Assembly: GCF_030684315.1 (NCBI RefSeq)
Contig: NC_081397.1
Coordinates: forward strand, 4,960,001 to 5,024,000
Origin: Stegostoma tigrinum
Taxonomy: Eukaryota
Direction of reading: 5' to 3'
Length of the DNA: 64,000 nt
Part shown: positions 48,722 to 61,859 of the stretch, in pieces
How positions within the stretch are numbered: position 1 is the first letter of the stretch
Layout of the letters: every line of letters starts with the position of its first letter
The notes under the pieces: generated by a model
Seen by the model: only the letters and a program-made list of their open reading frames with translations
Told to the model about the DNA's origin: nothing
Database searches by the model: none
Position numbers and translations under genes: made by a program

Positions 48722-49810
48722 TGTTCCCCCCGCAGCGGTCGGCAATGCCCTCAACCGTGTCTTCCACATTTCCCGTGCCTCATCCCTCACACCCTGACCC
48801 CGCAATAACCGCCAAAACAGAACCCCCTTGGTCCTCACATCCCACCCTACCAACCTCTGGATACAATGCATCATCCTCCGACACTTGTGCCATCTACAAT
48901 TCAACCCGACCACCGAAGACATTTTTACTACCCGACCCTTCTCTGCTTTCAGATGAGACCACTCTCTCCACAACTCCCTTGTCCGCTCCACACTGCCCTC
49001 CAACCCCAGCACACCCGGCACCTTCCCCTGCAACCGGAGGAAGTGCTACACTTGCCCTCACACCTCCTCCCTAACCCCAATCCTAGGCCCCAAGATGACT
49101 TTCCACATCAAGCAGATGTTCCCCTGCACATCCGCCAATGTGGTATACTGCATCCACTGTACGCGGTGTGGTTTTCTCTACATTGGCGAAACCAAGCGGA
49201 GCCTTGGGGACTGCTTTGCAGAACACCTCCGCTTGGTTCGCCATAAACAACTGCACCTCCCAGTCGCGAACCATTTCAACTCTCCCTCCCATTCCTCAGA
49301 CAACATGTCCATCCTGGGCATCCTGCAGTGTCATAATGATCCCACCCGAAAGTTGCAGGAACAGCAACTCATATTCCGCTTGGGAACCCTGCAGCCTCAA
49401 GGTATCGATGTGGATTTCACCAGCATCAAAATCTCCCTTCCCCCCGCTGCATCCCAAACCAGCCCAGCTCTTCCCCACCTGCCTAACCTGTTCTTCCCCT
49501 CACCTATCCCGTCTTCCCACGTCAAGCCGCACCTCCATTTCCTACCTCCTAACCTCAGCCTGCCCCCTTGACCGGTCCATCCTCCCCAGACTGACCTATC
49601 CCCTCCCTACCTCCCCACCCATACTCTCCTCTCCACCTATCTTCTCCTCTGTCCATCTTCAGTCCACCTCCCTCTCTCTCCCTATTTATTTCAAAATCCT
49701 CTCCCCCTCCCCCTTTTTATGATGAAGGGTCTTGGCCGAAAACGTCAGCTATTATGCTCCTAAGATGCTGTTTGTCCTGCTGTGTTCATCCACTCCCATG
49801 CCTTGTTATC
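48722..49810 (+). mobile_element. Penelope-like element, 3' part (GIY-YIG)
   Basis: ORF 49095-49571 CTSANVVYCIHCTRCGFLYIGETKRSLGDCFAEHL. Inserted into a second-family end element, with TGCGGA at both sides. Confidence 0.9.
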
Positions 49811-50214
49811 TGCGGAAGCTGTAAATCAGGAACAAAAACAAAGTTGCTGGAAAAACTCAGCAGGTCCAGCAGCATCTGTGAGGGAGAAAACAGAGTTAAC
49901 ATTTCAGGTCCGGTGTACAGATCCATAACTAAACTCACGTATTCACATTGAGGAATCTTTGAGCTAGAGACTGATAATCACAGTCATACATTCAGAGAAC
50001 AGGAACACACAGGCATAGACTGATAACTAACTTCTGTATTAACATCGCAGAAACTGACTCGCATTGACTGGTAACTGCATTCATGTTATCTTGTCAGGTG
50101 CAACAAACAGGTACGGATAGATAACTACACTCACACATTCACACCGTAAATACTGACAATGACAAACAGCTTCAATCCCACCTATTGCATAGCAGAGACT
50201 GTCAAGAACAGATT

Positions 50215-50344
50215 GATAACAAAGTGTGGAGCTGGACAATCACAGCAGGCCAAGCAGCTCCTGAGACGCTGCTTGGCCTGCTGTGTTCATCCAGCTCCAC
50301 ACTTTGTTATCTTGGATTCTCCAGCATCTGCAGTTCCCGTTATC
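50215..50344. mobile_element. Palindromic PLE-end insertion in the satellite
   Basis: GATAACAAAGTGTGGAGCTGGA...TCCAGCTCCACACTTTGTTATC; GAACAGATTGATAAC occurs on both sides. Confidence 0.8.
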
Positions 50345-50649
50345 ACAGGAACAGATTGATAACTGCACTCAAATAGTGACACATCAGAAGCTGGCAGGCG
50401 CTGTTTAATATCCAAACTCTCATATTCACATACCAGAAAATGGCAGGTATAAATTGACAACCACACTCACATACACACAGTCGCAGAAACTGACAGTGAA
50501 AGAACTGATAACAGCGTTCAGACGTTGACATCACAGAGCCTGGCAGAAACAGAGTGATAACTAAACCCTCACATTCTTATAACAGAAACTGTCATGGATA
50601 GATTGGAAATTTAATCATCAAGCAGAACCTGACAGATACAGAGTGATGT

Positions 50650-52067
50650 GATAATGGGAACTGCAGATGCTGGAGAATCCAAGACAACAAAGTGTGGAGG
50701 TGGATGAACACAGCAGGCCAAGTAGCATCTCTGGAGCACAAAAGCTGACGTTTCGGGCCGAGACCCTTCATCAGAGGGGGGGATGGGGAGAGGGAACTGG
50801 AATAAATAGGGAGAGAGGGGGAGGTGGACCCAAGATGGAGAGAAAACAAGATAGGTAGAGAGGAGCCTACAGGTGGGGAGGTGGGGAGGGGTAGTTCAGT
50901 CCAGGGAAGATGGATAGGTCAAGGAGGCAGGATGAGGGGTAGGTAGGAAATGGAGGTGCGGCCTGAGGTGGGAGGAAGGGATTGGTGAGAGGAAGAACAG
51001 GTTAGGGAAGCAGAGACAAGCTGGGCTGGTTTTGGGATGCAGTGGGGGGAGGGGAAGAACTGGGCTGGTTTTGGGATGCAGTAGGGTGACCCCAGAGGAT
51101 CCCCCTCATCCTCACATACCAGCCCACCTACCTCTGGATACAACATATCATCCTCCGACTCTTTCGCCATCTACAATCCGTCCCCACCACCCAAGCCATT
51201 TTTCCATTCCCACCCTTGTCTCTTTCCGGAGAGATCACTCTCTCCACGACTCCCTTGTCCACTCCACACTCCCCTCCAACCACACCACAGCAGACACCTT
51301 CCCCTGCAACCGCAGGAAGTGCTGCACTTGTCCCACACACCTCCGTCACCCCCATCCCAGGCCCCAGGATGACCTTCTATATCAAACAGATGTTCACCTG
51401 CACATCTGCCAATGTGGTATATTGTATCCATTGCACCCAGTGTGGCTTGCTCTACATTGGAGAAACCAAGCGGAGGCTTGGGGACTGCTTTGCAGAACAC
51501 CTCCGCTCGGTTTGCAACAAACAACTGCACCTCCCAGTCGCGCAACATTTCAGCTCCCCCTCCCATTCCTCAGACGACATGGGCCTCCTGCATTGCCACA
51601 ATGATGCCACCCGAAGGTTGCAGGAACAGCAACTCATATTCCGCTTGGGAACCCTGCAGCCCAGTGGTATCAACGTGGACTTCACAAGCTTCAAAATCTC
51701 CCCTTCCCCTACTGCATCCCAAAACCAGCCCAGTTCTTCCCCTCCCACCACTGCATCACAAAACCAGCCCAACCTGTGTCTGCTTCCCTAACCTGTTCGT
51801 CCTCTCACCAATCCCTTCCTCCCACCTCAAGCCGCACCTCCATTTCCAACCGATCATGTCATCCCGCCTCGTTGACCTGTCCATCTTCCCTGGACTGACC
51901 TATCCCCTCCCGACCTCCCCACCTATACCCTCCTCTCTACCTATCTTCTTTTCTCTCCATCTTCAGCCCGTCTCCCCCTCTCTCCCTATTTATTCCAGTT
52001 CCCTCTCCCCATCCCCCTCTCTGATGAAGGGTCTAGGCCCGAAACATCAGATTTTGTGCTCCTGAGA
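50650..52067 (+). mobile_element. Penelope-like element with an inverted 3'-end copy at its 5' side
   Basis: 50650-51085 is an inverted copy of the 3' end. ORF 51216-51791 is GIY-YIG. Hammerhead cores at 50747-50774(-) and 52021-52048(+). Confidence 0.9.
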
Positions 52068-53044
52068 TAGTGATAACTGCTGCCAAACATTCGCAGAGCA
52101 TGGATGAAAATAAACAGATTGATAACTAAACACCCATTTTCACAAGACAGAAGACTGATGGGGAAAAATTAGTACATCCTCTCATAATTTCACACAGCAA
52201 AGACTGATATGGATGGAATGATAACTACAATTACACATTCATGCAACAGAATCTTGCAGGAATGTACTGATAATTGTACAAACAAACTCACTTAGGAGAA
52301 ACTGACAGTCTCAGATTTAAAACCACACTCTCTTTGTCACAAACTAAAAACTGGGAGGTACAGTGTGACAACTGAACTCAATAGTCACAGAACAAAGTCT
52401 CCCAGGTACAGTGTGATAACTACCTTCTCACATCTGCCTAACAGAAACTAAACTCGCATATTGACGGAGCAGAAATTGGCATGTGCAGACTAATGCCTGC
52501 ACTCTTACATTGATACCACCGAATGGACATGTAGGTACGAGTAACAACACTCATGCATTTTCTTGGAGAAACTGTCAGGCATGGATTGAGAACTACACCC
52601 ACACATTCACAGAGCACACATTGAAAGGTACAGACTAATAATGTCACACTTTTGGACAACAGAAATGACAGAGGTAGATGACCTGAAATATCAAGCGACG
52701 TTGAAGATCTGGTCAGGAAAGGGAAGAAGGCATACATTGGGTTTAAACTATCAGGCTCAAGTGAATCCCTAGATAACTATAAAAAGTGGAGAAGCACACA
52801 AGAGGGAAATCAGAAGAGCAAAAAGATGTCATGAAATGGATCTGGCAGAAAAGGTTACAGATAATCCCCAGAGGCTCATTCGTTATAATAAGAGTAAAAG
52901 GTTGGCTGCGGAGAGGAGGACCTCTTTAAGATCAGGATGGTGGTCCATGTGTGGAGCCACAGCAGAAGGGGAGGATTTTTAATGGATATTTCTCCTCAGT
53001 GTTTGCTGAGGAGAGAATCATGGATGCTAATGAAATGAGATTAA

Positions 53045-53343
53045 TTCCCTACAGTGTGGAAACAGGCGCCTCGGCTCAACAAGTCCACACCACCCCTTCA
53101 AGCTTCCCACCCAGACCCATACCCCTGTAACCCACATACCCCTGAACAGTACAGGCAATTTAGCATGTCCGATCCACCTAACCTGCACATCTTTGGGCTG
53201 TGGGAGGAAACCGGAGCACCCGGAGGAAACCCACGCAGACACAGGGAGAATGTGTAAACTCCATACAGACAGTCGCCCGAGGCTGGAATCGAATCTGGGT
53301 CCCTGGTGCTGTGAGGCTGCGGTGCTAGCCACTGTGCCACCCT
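53045..53343 (-). mobile_element. HE1-like V-SINE
   Basis: tRNA-like head (GTGGCACAGTGGCTAGCAC...GATTCGATTCC), V-domain GTGGGTTTCCTCCGGGTGCTCCGGTTTCCTCCCAC, and CR1-like tail. Confidence 0.88.
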
Positions 53344-54044
53344 ATAATCCCTATTAGAAATAAGGGAAGGAGGTAGAGATATTTTGGACTGCATATGTAT
53401 GAACAGAAAGGGTGTCTTTGCAGCCTCAGATCATACAAAGGTGGATGAATTTCTGAGTTCTGATAGTGTCCATCTCGGATTTTGTGGGAAGCCAGTAAAG
53501 AAATTGCAGAGGCCCTTCCTTTGCAGAGATTTTAGCTTCATTTTTAGCCACTGGCGAGGTTCCAGAAGACTGGAGGGTGGCGAAAGTTGTTACATTGTTT
53601 ATGAAAGGGAGGAAAGACAAGCCAGGGAACTTCCAGCCAGTGAGCCTAACACCAGCAGTAAGCAAGTTATTGGAAAGGATGCTGAGTGACAGGATCAATG
53701 AACATTTGGATATTCAAGGTATGATTACGGATAGTCGGCATGGATTTGTGTGCGGAAAGGCACATGTGACAAATCTTTGAGTTTTTCAAAGAAGTAACCA
53801 AGTGAATAGATGAGGGGAGGGCAGTAGATGCAGTCTCTGTGGACTTTAGTAAGGCCTTTGACAAGGCCCTGCACGCAGACTAGTAATGAAGGTTAGGTTG
53901 CAAGGGATCCAGGGAGAGCTAGCTAATTTGATTCAAAAATGGCTCGATGGTAGAAAGCAGAGTGTGATGGTTGAAGCTTGTTTCTCGGACTGGAGGCCTG
54001 TGACTCGTGGTGTGCCACAGGGGTTTGTGCTGTGACCTTTGTTG

Positions 54045-54340
54045 GGCACCTCGGTGTCTCAGTGGCTAGCACCGGGGATCTGGGTTCAATTCCATCCTCA
54101 GGCGATTATCTGTGTGGAGTTTGCACATTCTCTCCGTGTCTGAATGATGTTCCTCCGGGTGCTCCGGTTTCCTCCCACAGTTCAAAGATGTGCAGGCAAG
54201 GTTGGTTGGCTATGGGAATTTTCCCGTAGTGTTCAGTCATGTGTTGGGTGAGTTATAGCAGGATGGATCTGGGTGGGATGCTCGGAGTGTCAGCATGGAC
54301 TTGTTGGGCCAAAGGGCCTATTTCCACACAGTAGGGATTC
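54045..54340 (+). mobile_element. HE1-like V-SINE
   Basis: CAGTGGCTAGCAC...GGGTTCAATTCC...CCTCCGGGTGCTCCGGTTTCCTCCCAC. Confidence 0.85.
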
Positions 54341-55949
54341 GATGATTGTGTGATAAGTGGCCTTGATGTGAATGTACAAGGCATGATTCGCATGTTTTCC
54401 AATAATACAAAATTAAGATGTAGTTTTGAAAGTGCGGAAGGTTTATCAAGAAAATAGAGGGATTTAAGAAGGACCTTGCGGAGTGGTGCACATGTGGAAT
54501 CAGCTGCCAGAGAAAGTTGTTGAGGCAGGTGCAATTGCAGCATTAAAAAAAGGGTAGGTTTTAGAGGGATATGGACCAAATGTGGGCAGTTGGAATTAGC
54601 TGAGAGGGCACCATGATCAGCATGAACCAGTTTGGGCTGAAGGGCCTTTGTCCATGCTGCATGACTGCCTGACCTCAGACTACAACAGGACCTTGATCGA
54701 GAGGACCAATGGGCCATGGAGTGGCAGCTGGGGTTTAATCTTGACAAATGTGAGGTGCTACATTTTGTCACAGAAAATCGGGGCAAGACTTGCACACTTC
54801 ATGGTCAATTCTCGGGAAGTGTTGCCAAACTAAGTGGCCATGGAATGCAGGCTCATAGCGTCGTGAAAGTGGAATTCCAGGGAGACAGGGCAGTGAAGAA
54901 GGTGTTTGATACAATTGCCTTTATTGGTCAGGGCATTCAGTGTATATTGAGGATTGGGAGGTGATGTTGTGACTGTACAGAAGATTGGTTAGACTACTTC
55001 TGAAATACTCCATTCAGTTCTGGTGCCCCCTTGCAATAGGGAAGGTGTTGTTAAACTTGCATGAGTCAGGAACATGTTTAAAAGGATGTTGCCACAGTTT
55101 GAAAGTTTGAGTTTCAGGGAGAGACTGAATAGACAGGGCTTATTGTGGCTTGTTTTGCAGCTTGTTTTCCATGAAGTGTCTGAGGCTGGGTGGTGACTGT
55201 ATAGAAGATATAAAATTAAGAGGCGCATGGATAGCATGAATAATCACGTTCTTATGCACACGGGATAGGAGTCCGAAACTCGAGGGCATGGGTTTTGGAT
55301 GAGAAAATCACGATGTGAAAGGAATTTAAGGTGGGCAATGTTTGCTCACAGAGTGTAGTGTGGAATTGCAGTGAACTGCCAGAGGAAGTGGTGGAGTTGA
55401 GTACAGCTACAACATTTACATGACATCTGGGCGGGTGTATGAATAGGAAGGGCTTAGAGTGATGTGGGCCAAATGCTGGCAAATAGGACTAGATTAATTT
55501 AGGATATCTGGTTGCCATGGATGAGGTGGACCCACGAGTGTTGTATATCTTTATGACAGTATGACAGGAACAGACTGTGAGAGAGTAATAACCATCCACA
55601 CTGCGTGAAAAGCGTCAGATGGATAACTGCACTCCCATTTTCATATCGCAGAGACTGACAGATATTCGACAACTATCCCTCATTAAACATCAAGCTCTGG
55701 ACACAATACTGCTCATAGTGTAATGCAGAAACTACAGAGAGTGATGAAACAAAATAATATGTTATACATGAAAGGTTGCTTTGAGCAGATAAATACATTG
55801 TCGCAATTAAAAACTCTCAGGGACTGTGTTTAAAATATCAATAAATGACAATAACGAGTTAAATGTAGAGTGATCCGGGTACAAAATTTCGGCTTGTGTT
55901 TCACTTTTCGTTGCATATCCTGACAGATCCCCGATGTATCCCACACTAA

Positions 55950-56061
55950 CCAATCACAGAAAAGCTAATCACATCCTCTGAGATTCTTGTAAACTGTCCA
56001 ATCATGAACAAGACCTCCCCCATCCCTCATTAGCATTGCTGACGCCAGCAGCCTATAAAAA
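55950..56061 (+). promoter_or_regulatory. H2B promoter
   Basis: CCAAT at 55950 and 55998; octamer-like CTCATTAGCAT (ATTAGCAT 56029-56036); TATAAAAA 56054-56061. Confidence 0.8.
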
Positions 56062-56113
56062 GCGAGCTCCGCGCCCACTTTCCCTTATTCTGTGTCTGAC
56101 AGTGACCGTCGCT

Positions 56114-56494
56114 ATGGTAGATGAGAAGAAATCGCAGGCAACTTCCAAGAAAGGCGCGAAGAAAATCATCAAGAAGGCGCCGGGGAAAAGCGGCAAGAAA
56201 AGGAGCCGACGCAGGAAAGAAAGTTACTCCATCTATATCTACAAAGTGATGAAGCAGGTTCACCCCGACACCGGCATCTCCTCCAAGGCCATGAGCATCA
56301 TGAACTCGTTCGTCAACGATATTTTCGAGCGTATCGCAGGGGAGGCTTCCCGCCTGGCCCATTACAACAAGCGCAGCACCATCAGCTCCCGGGAGATCCA
56401 GACCGCCGTGCGGCTGCTGCTGCCCGGGGAGCTGGCCAAGCACGCCGTGTCGGAGGGTACAAAGGCGGTGACCAAGTACACCAGCTCCAAGTGA
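56114..56494 (+). CDS. H2B: Histone H2B (126 aa)
   Basis: [27 protein letters not shown]...AVTKYTSSK; the ATG lies downstream of the TATA box. Confidence 0.97.
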   Translation: MVDEKKSQATSKKGAKKIIKKAPGKSGKKRSRRRKESYSIYIYKVMKQVHPDTGISSKAMSIMNSFVNDIFERIAGEASRLAHYNKRSTISSREIQTAVRLLLPGELAKHAVSEGTKAVTKYTSSK

Positions 56495-56538
56495 GACACC
56501 TCACTGTGCTGAAAGCAGACACCAATCCAAAACCCAAC

Positions 56539-56580
56539 GGCTCTTTTAAGAGCCACCCACAATTGCACTGAGACAGCTGA
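56539..56580 (+). terminator. Histone 3' stem-loop and HDE of H2B
   Basis: GGCTCTTTTAAGAGCC-ACCCA (56539-56554), then GAGACAGCTGA. Confidence 0.92.
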
Positions 56581-56593
56581 ACCGTTTTAACTT

Positions 56594-56717
56594 GGATAGT
56601 CGATGCTGGAAAATCTGAGACAACAAGGTGTGGGGCTGGGTGAACACAGCAAGCCGAGCAGCATCAGAGGAGCAGGAATGTTGACATGTCGGGGCGAGAC
56701 CCTTCTTAAGAAATTAG
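56594..56717 (-). mobile_element. PLE-end insertion immediately 3' of the H2B HDE
   Basis: Matches the PLE end; 10-bp duplication GTTTTAACTT at 56584-56593 and 56718-56727. Confidence 0.8.
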
Positions 56718-58484
56718 GTTTTAACTTTATGGTTTATTCTGGGTCTGTATAATTCATGTCCCTAAGCTTTGTGTTTCGTTTTCAATAAACTTTGTTAAAA
56801 AAAATTCGTGTGATCCCTCACCCTCTGCCTTTTATTCTCGGTTGCGTAGTTCCCTGACTGTTTTCCCTGCCTGTATAGAGAGCATACTTTTCGTCCCGGA
56901 GCCATTTTTTCTGCACCTTCTATGTTTTCCAGTTACTCTTTAACCCTTGATCAGCGCAAAAGCTACAGTGCCCCGTGTGGTCTGAAACACGAGTTTCAAC
57001 CGGAATGAAAAGTAACTGTTCTAGTCCCACGAATAGATTTTGAAATTTACTTGTCCTTTTCTTTCATTAACTTTTCAAAGCGCCACTGAGACTTCGTCTG
57101 ATGTTTGCAGAGCACTGCAAATGAGGCTCTCAGCTGTCGATAAGGGGCTTTCAAACTGAACTGAGATAAAACCAGATTAACTGCTGGATTGCCATATCAA
57201 GTGTGAAACTGGTTGAAGTCTGATCAAGGACAACAGGGACGGCACTTTAAACTAAAGTTTCACCGCTCTCTCCGGCAAGAAGGTTATGTGAGTTTTTCCT
57301 AAATATTTCAGGGTCCACTTGCAATATGTAAAATGAATTAAATTCGATGAAAAATTAAATTATTCATTCCTCTTTGTAAAACTTCTTTTTCCTATTTCGG
57401 ACATGTTGGAGGGTTTTGTCGCTGTGGGTAATGAGCCCTAAATTTCTCCCGTGGTAACGAAAGCAAATGACCCCGAATTTGAGACCCACGAAGAGTAGTA
57501 TCGTGCGATTTCTGTTTTGTTTCAATTCCCAAATCTCGACGTGAAGTTCTTCGAATTTATTTTCAGAATGCAGGATGTGGGGCTTGCCGTTCTCGAGAAG
57601 AGGCTTTCAAAATGAACCGAGATTAACAGGGAAGTCTGATCTAGCGCAATAATTACAAAATTTCCCGAAGCCGGAGTTACTCAGAGTGAGAACGAGAGGT
57701 TATGTCAAGGATCAATTTGTAATCTGAAAGGAAATTAAATCGTAAGCATTCACGTAAAGCGTCTTCCTCGTATTGCCCATGTTGGCGGGCTTTTCAAATC
57801 GGAAAGAAAACGGTGGATGATTTGGCGCCGGTATTTTCCTACGGTTTCCACGCAGAGGAATTTTGTTTTATTTTCAAATCTCCCCGCTGGTTCTATCCAG
57901 TTTTGCAGAAAGCTATAAATGAGGCTTTCTGCTGTCGGTGTGAACATTTCAAAGTGAACCGAGATGAAAGCAGAACAGCTGCCGGGCTGGCATCGCAAAA
58001 GTAGAAATATTGTTGATCTCGTGCAGTAGGGAGCGCGATTGTAAAATGTTGTTTAAAGCAGTAATGCGGTCAACGGGAAAGAAATTGTTGTGTGATACTG
58101 TTATCATTATCTCCATTATCAGCATTATATGCTGATCTGAAATCAAATAAATCTGTGCAGAGACTTACTTCGAGCGGGCTCCTTTTTCTGCCATCTGCTC
58201 ATTCTTAAGTATAAAAAAAATCAGAAACACATCGATTCACTGAGGCCTGTGAATCAGAGAGAGATTGTGTGAAGTATACAGGCGTATTCTAACAGTAAAT
58301 TATCTGAAATATGAACGTATTCTTCTTTGTAAAACTTCTTCCAGTTTTGTACATATTGGCGGGCTTTCCGAGTTTGAAAGAAAGCGGTTGATGATTTGGC
58401 GCCGGGACGTTCCCGCCTCCTCCCCGGGCCCTCTCCGGATTGGTGAGGGAAGCAGATATCTGATTGGGAATGGAAACGACATGA

Positions 58485-59000
<516 letters not shown>

Positions 59001-59030
59001 AGAGGCCATTCTTGAATTTGCGAACACAAA

Positions 59031-59072
59031 GGCTCTTTTAAGAGCCACCCACCACATCAGTGAAAAGCAGCT
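59031..59072 (+). terminator. Histone 3' stem-loop and HDE of H2A
   Basis: GGCTCTTTTAAGAGCC-ACCCA (59031-59046), then GAAAAGCAGCT. Confidence 0.92.
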
Positions 59073-59746
59073 AGACCGTCACTGCTGGCTAATTAACTTT
59101 CATGTTATGTTCAAACACGGTCCTTTAAATGAGCAAAAATAATCCCTTTTGTTTTCTCCTTGAGAGATAATACTAGAACAGCTGCCGGACGGGACGAATA
59201 AAGTTGGAGGTTTTGCTACAGGGACAGTGACTCAAAGGGGCGTTCCCACCCATACGCTGACAGGGAAATAGAGACATGGAACAGCTCTGCGCCACAAAGA
59301 GGCCATTCGAGACTGACCCGACCCTCCTCAGTTGGTCGAACGAATCCACTAGTGGGAGATTGCGCAAAATTTCGAGTGCACGAACAAAAATATAAACATA
59401 GTTTGTATGTTGTGGTGGGTTTTGAAATTGGCGATTATTTTCCACCATCCTCCTCCTCCGCCAAGTTCAGTTACAGCTGGGGAAATGCCAAGGGAAGCAA
59501 TTCGCACACAGGCGTTTCAATTAGAAATGTATAAATTATAAAACGTGGAGTGCAGTACTTGAATTTGTTGCGATTAGTGAAAGTGTATAAATCTGATTGC
59601 CCCGAGTTGCGTCTTGTCTTTAATATGAATTAGTGCATCTCAGACACATTAAGTTTCTGTAAGAGCTGTTGCATTGAGACGATATCAATAGCATTAACTA
59701 AAGTCCATCGTGCCTGACGATTGCTGCTCCCTCTGGATAGTGTAGT

Positions 59747-59762
59747 GGCTCTGAAAAGAGCC
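59747..59762 (-). terminator. Histone 3' stem-loop of H3
   Basis: Minus strand GGCTCTTTTCAGAGCC-ACTAC, followed by purine-rich AGAGGGAGCAGC. Confidence 0.9.
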
Positions 59763-59804
59763 GTTGTTTCTCGGGGTGAATGTGGACGGTCGGGCACGCT
59801 CCTT

Positions 59805-60245
<441 letters not shown>

Positions 60246-61051
60246 TCAATGCTGAGCCTGCTGCGGCGCTGCCTATTTAAGGGAATGGAGAGCCCGCCCT
60301 AGAGCCTGGATTGGATACAGCCCCGTCCCTCAACCCCCTGAGAAACAGCCGCTGAAGGACAGGAAAGGCAGCAAAATAGTTGTTGGAGGCTGATTGGTTA
60401 AGTTGAAATGACAGTTGGTCAATTTCAAATCGCCCGCCGATTTCAGAAAGAGCTGAAGTAATTTTAAAACGAGAACTCCCATGTGTCTGCAACTAAGGTT
60501 ATATCTTATGCTTTACAAAATTTTCTTGTGAACCTAACTTGCAGTCAGCGCGGAGAGGGCTCTGAATCATTTCCTGATGTGTCTCTGACAGGCAGTTAGA
60601 ATGAACTCGCCACTAAAACATCGGCACAGCTACCAGAATCAAAATGAACAAAGTATCATTCCTGGAAGCGTGAATGAAGTACAAACACTGCAATATGCAA
60701 TTAGCGCCTGGGCCCAAAATTACGGACAGAACAAATTATTATTCATGGTATGGACAACTGGTAGTATTACTGATAGACTGGTATTCACAAGAAAGGGCAT
60801 AACCAGCTGCAGAACAGTATCGTCTCGAATGGCCGTGAAACCTCTATCTGTAGTGCAGGGATACCTTGGTTATAGAACACTTTTCTGCAGACAGTATAAT
60901 TTCACAATCCGCGCTCTCTCTCCTGCAACGCGGGGCACGAAGTTAATATGTTTCCTTAAAGGATTGGTTCAAAATTAAAAGTCGCTGCACCAGCCCTATG
61001 TGTTGCCTTTCCCCGTCCTCAGGTCTCCGCTCTCAATCGGAGGGTTTGGGT

Positions 61052-61067
61052 GGCTCTGAAAAGAGCC
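61052..61067 (-). terminator. Histone 3' stem-loop of H4
   Basis: Minus strand GGCTCTTTTCAGAGCC-ACCCA. Confidence 0.92.
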
Positions 61068-61097
61068 TTTGGGTTCGCTGGAAAAGGGACGAGTTGC

Positions 61098-61418
<321 letters not shown>

Positions 61419-61859
61419 TCACTGCAATCGCTGCCGAGTGAGAGCCGAGCTGCCTCACCTTCCTTCTTTATACAGCCCGCCCCGACCTGACTGAGAAAGA
61501 GCTGACAGAGAGGGAGAGGCGGCCCGGGCAGGAAACTGAGTGACAGACAGAGAAATGTCCAGCTCCGCCTCCAGCTGCGACTCAAGCTTCATGTTCGAAG
61601 ATAATAAAACCTGGAACTTTTAAAAGCAGTTGTGATACAATTAAACGCCCATGTGCCGGCCTTTCTTTCAGGAGACAGCATGTCAGCTTCCATTTCAAAG
61701 ATAGCAGAAACTGCAGATGCTGTAGAATACGACAGTGTCAGTTTCCATTGCTCCAGCTGAATCACACAAAATCAATTCTTGAGGGCTGTGTTATGAAGCG
61801 GGGTTTCTGCGCCAGTGTTACTCTCTCCCTAAATGTGTAAAATAGCAACGGACAGGAAC

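Larger units (their letters stand above)
52700..55565 (+). mobile_element. Long degenerate CR1 LINE interrupted by SINEs
   Basis: ORF 53577-53780 KGRKDKPGNFQPVSLT...SRHGFV; DFSKAFDK coding at ~53840; WQLGFNLDKCEVLHF at 54716. Confidence 0.85.
41150..55760 (+). repeat. Degenerate ~45-50 bp satellite, right arm (heavily interrupted by TEs)
   Basis: Recurring AGCAGAAACTGACAGGTACAGATTGATAACT.CACTCACATTCAC, the reverse complement of the array at 21400-25830. Blocks near 41.2-41.6, 44.0-44.5, 46.7-47.4, 48.2-48.7, 49.9-50.6, 52.1-52.7 and 55.6-55.75 kb. Confidence 0.85.

Noticed and set aside
41150-55760. Satellite as a decayed C2H2 zinc-finger array (HIHTAE-like translation)
   Set aside because: The period is ~45-50 bp rather than 84 bp, there is no Cys-x2-Cys pattern, and stops are frequent.
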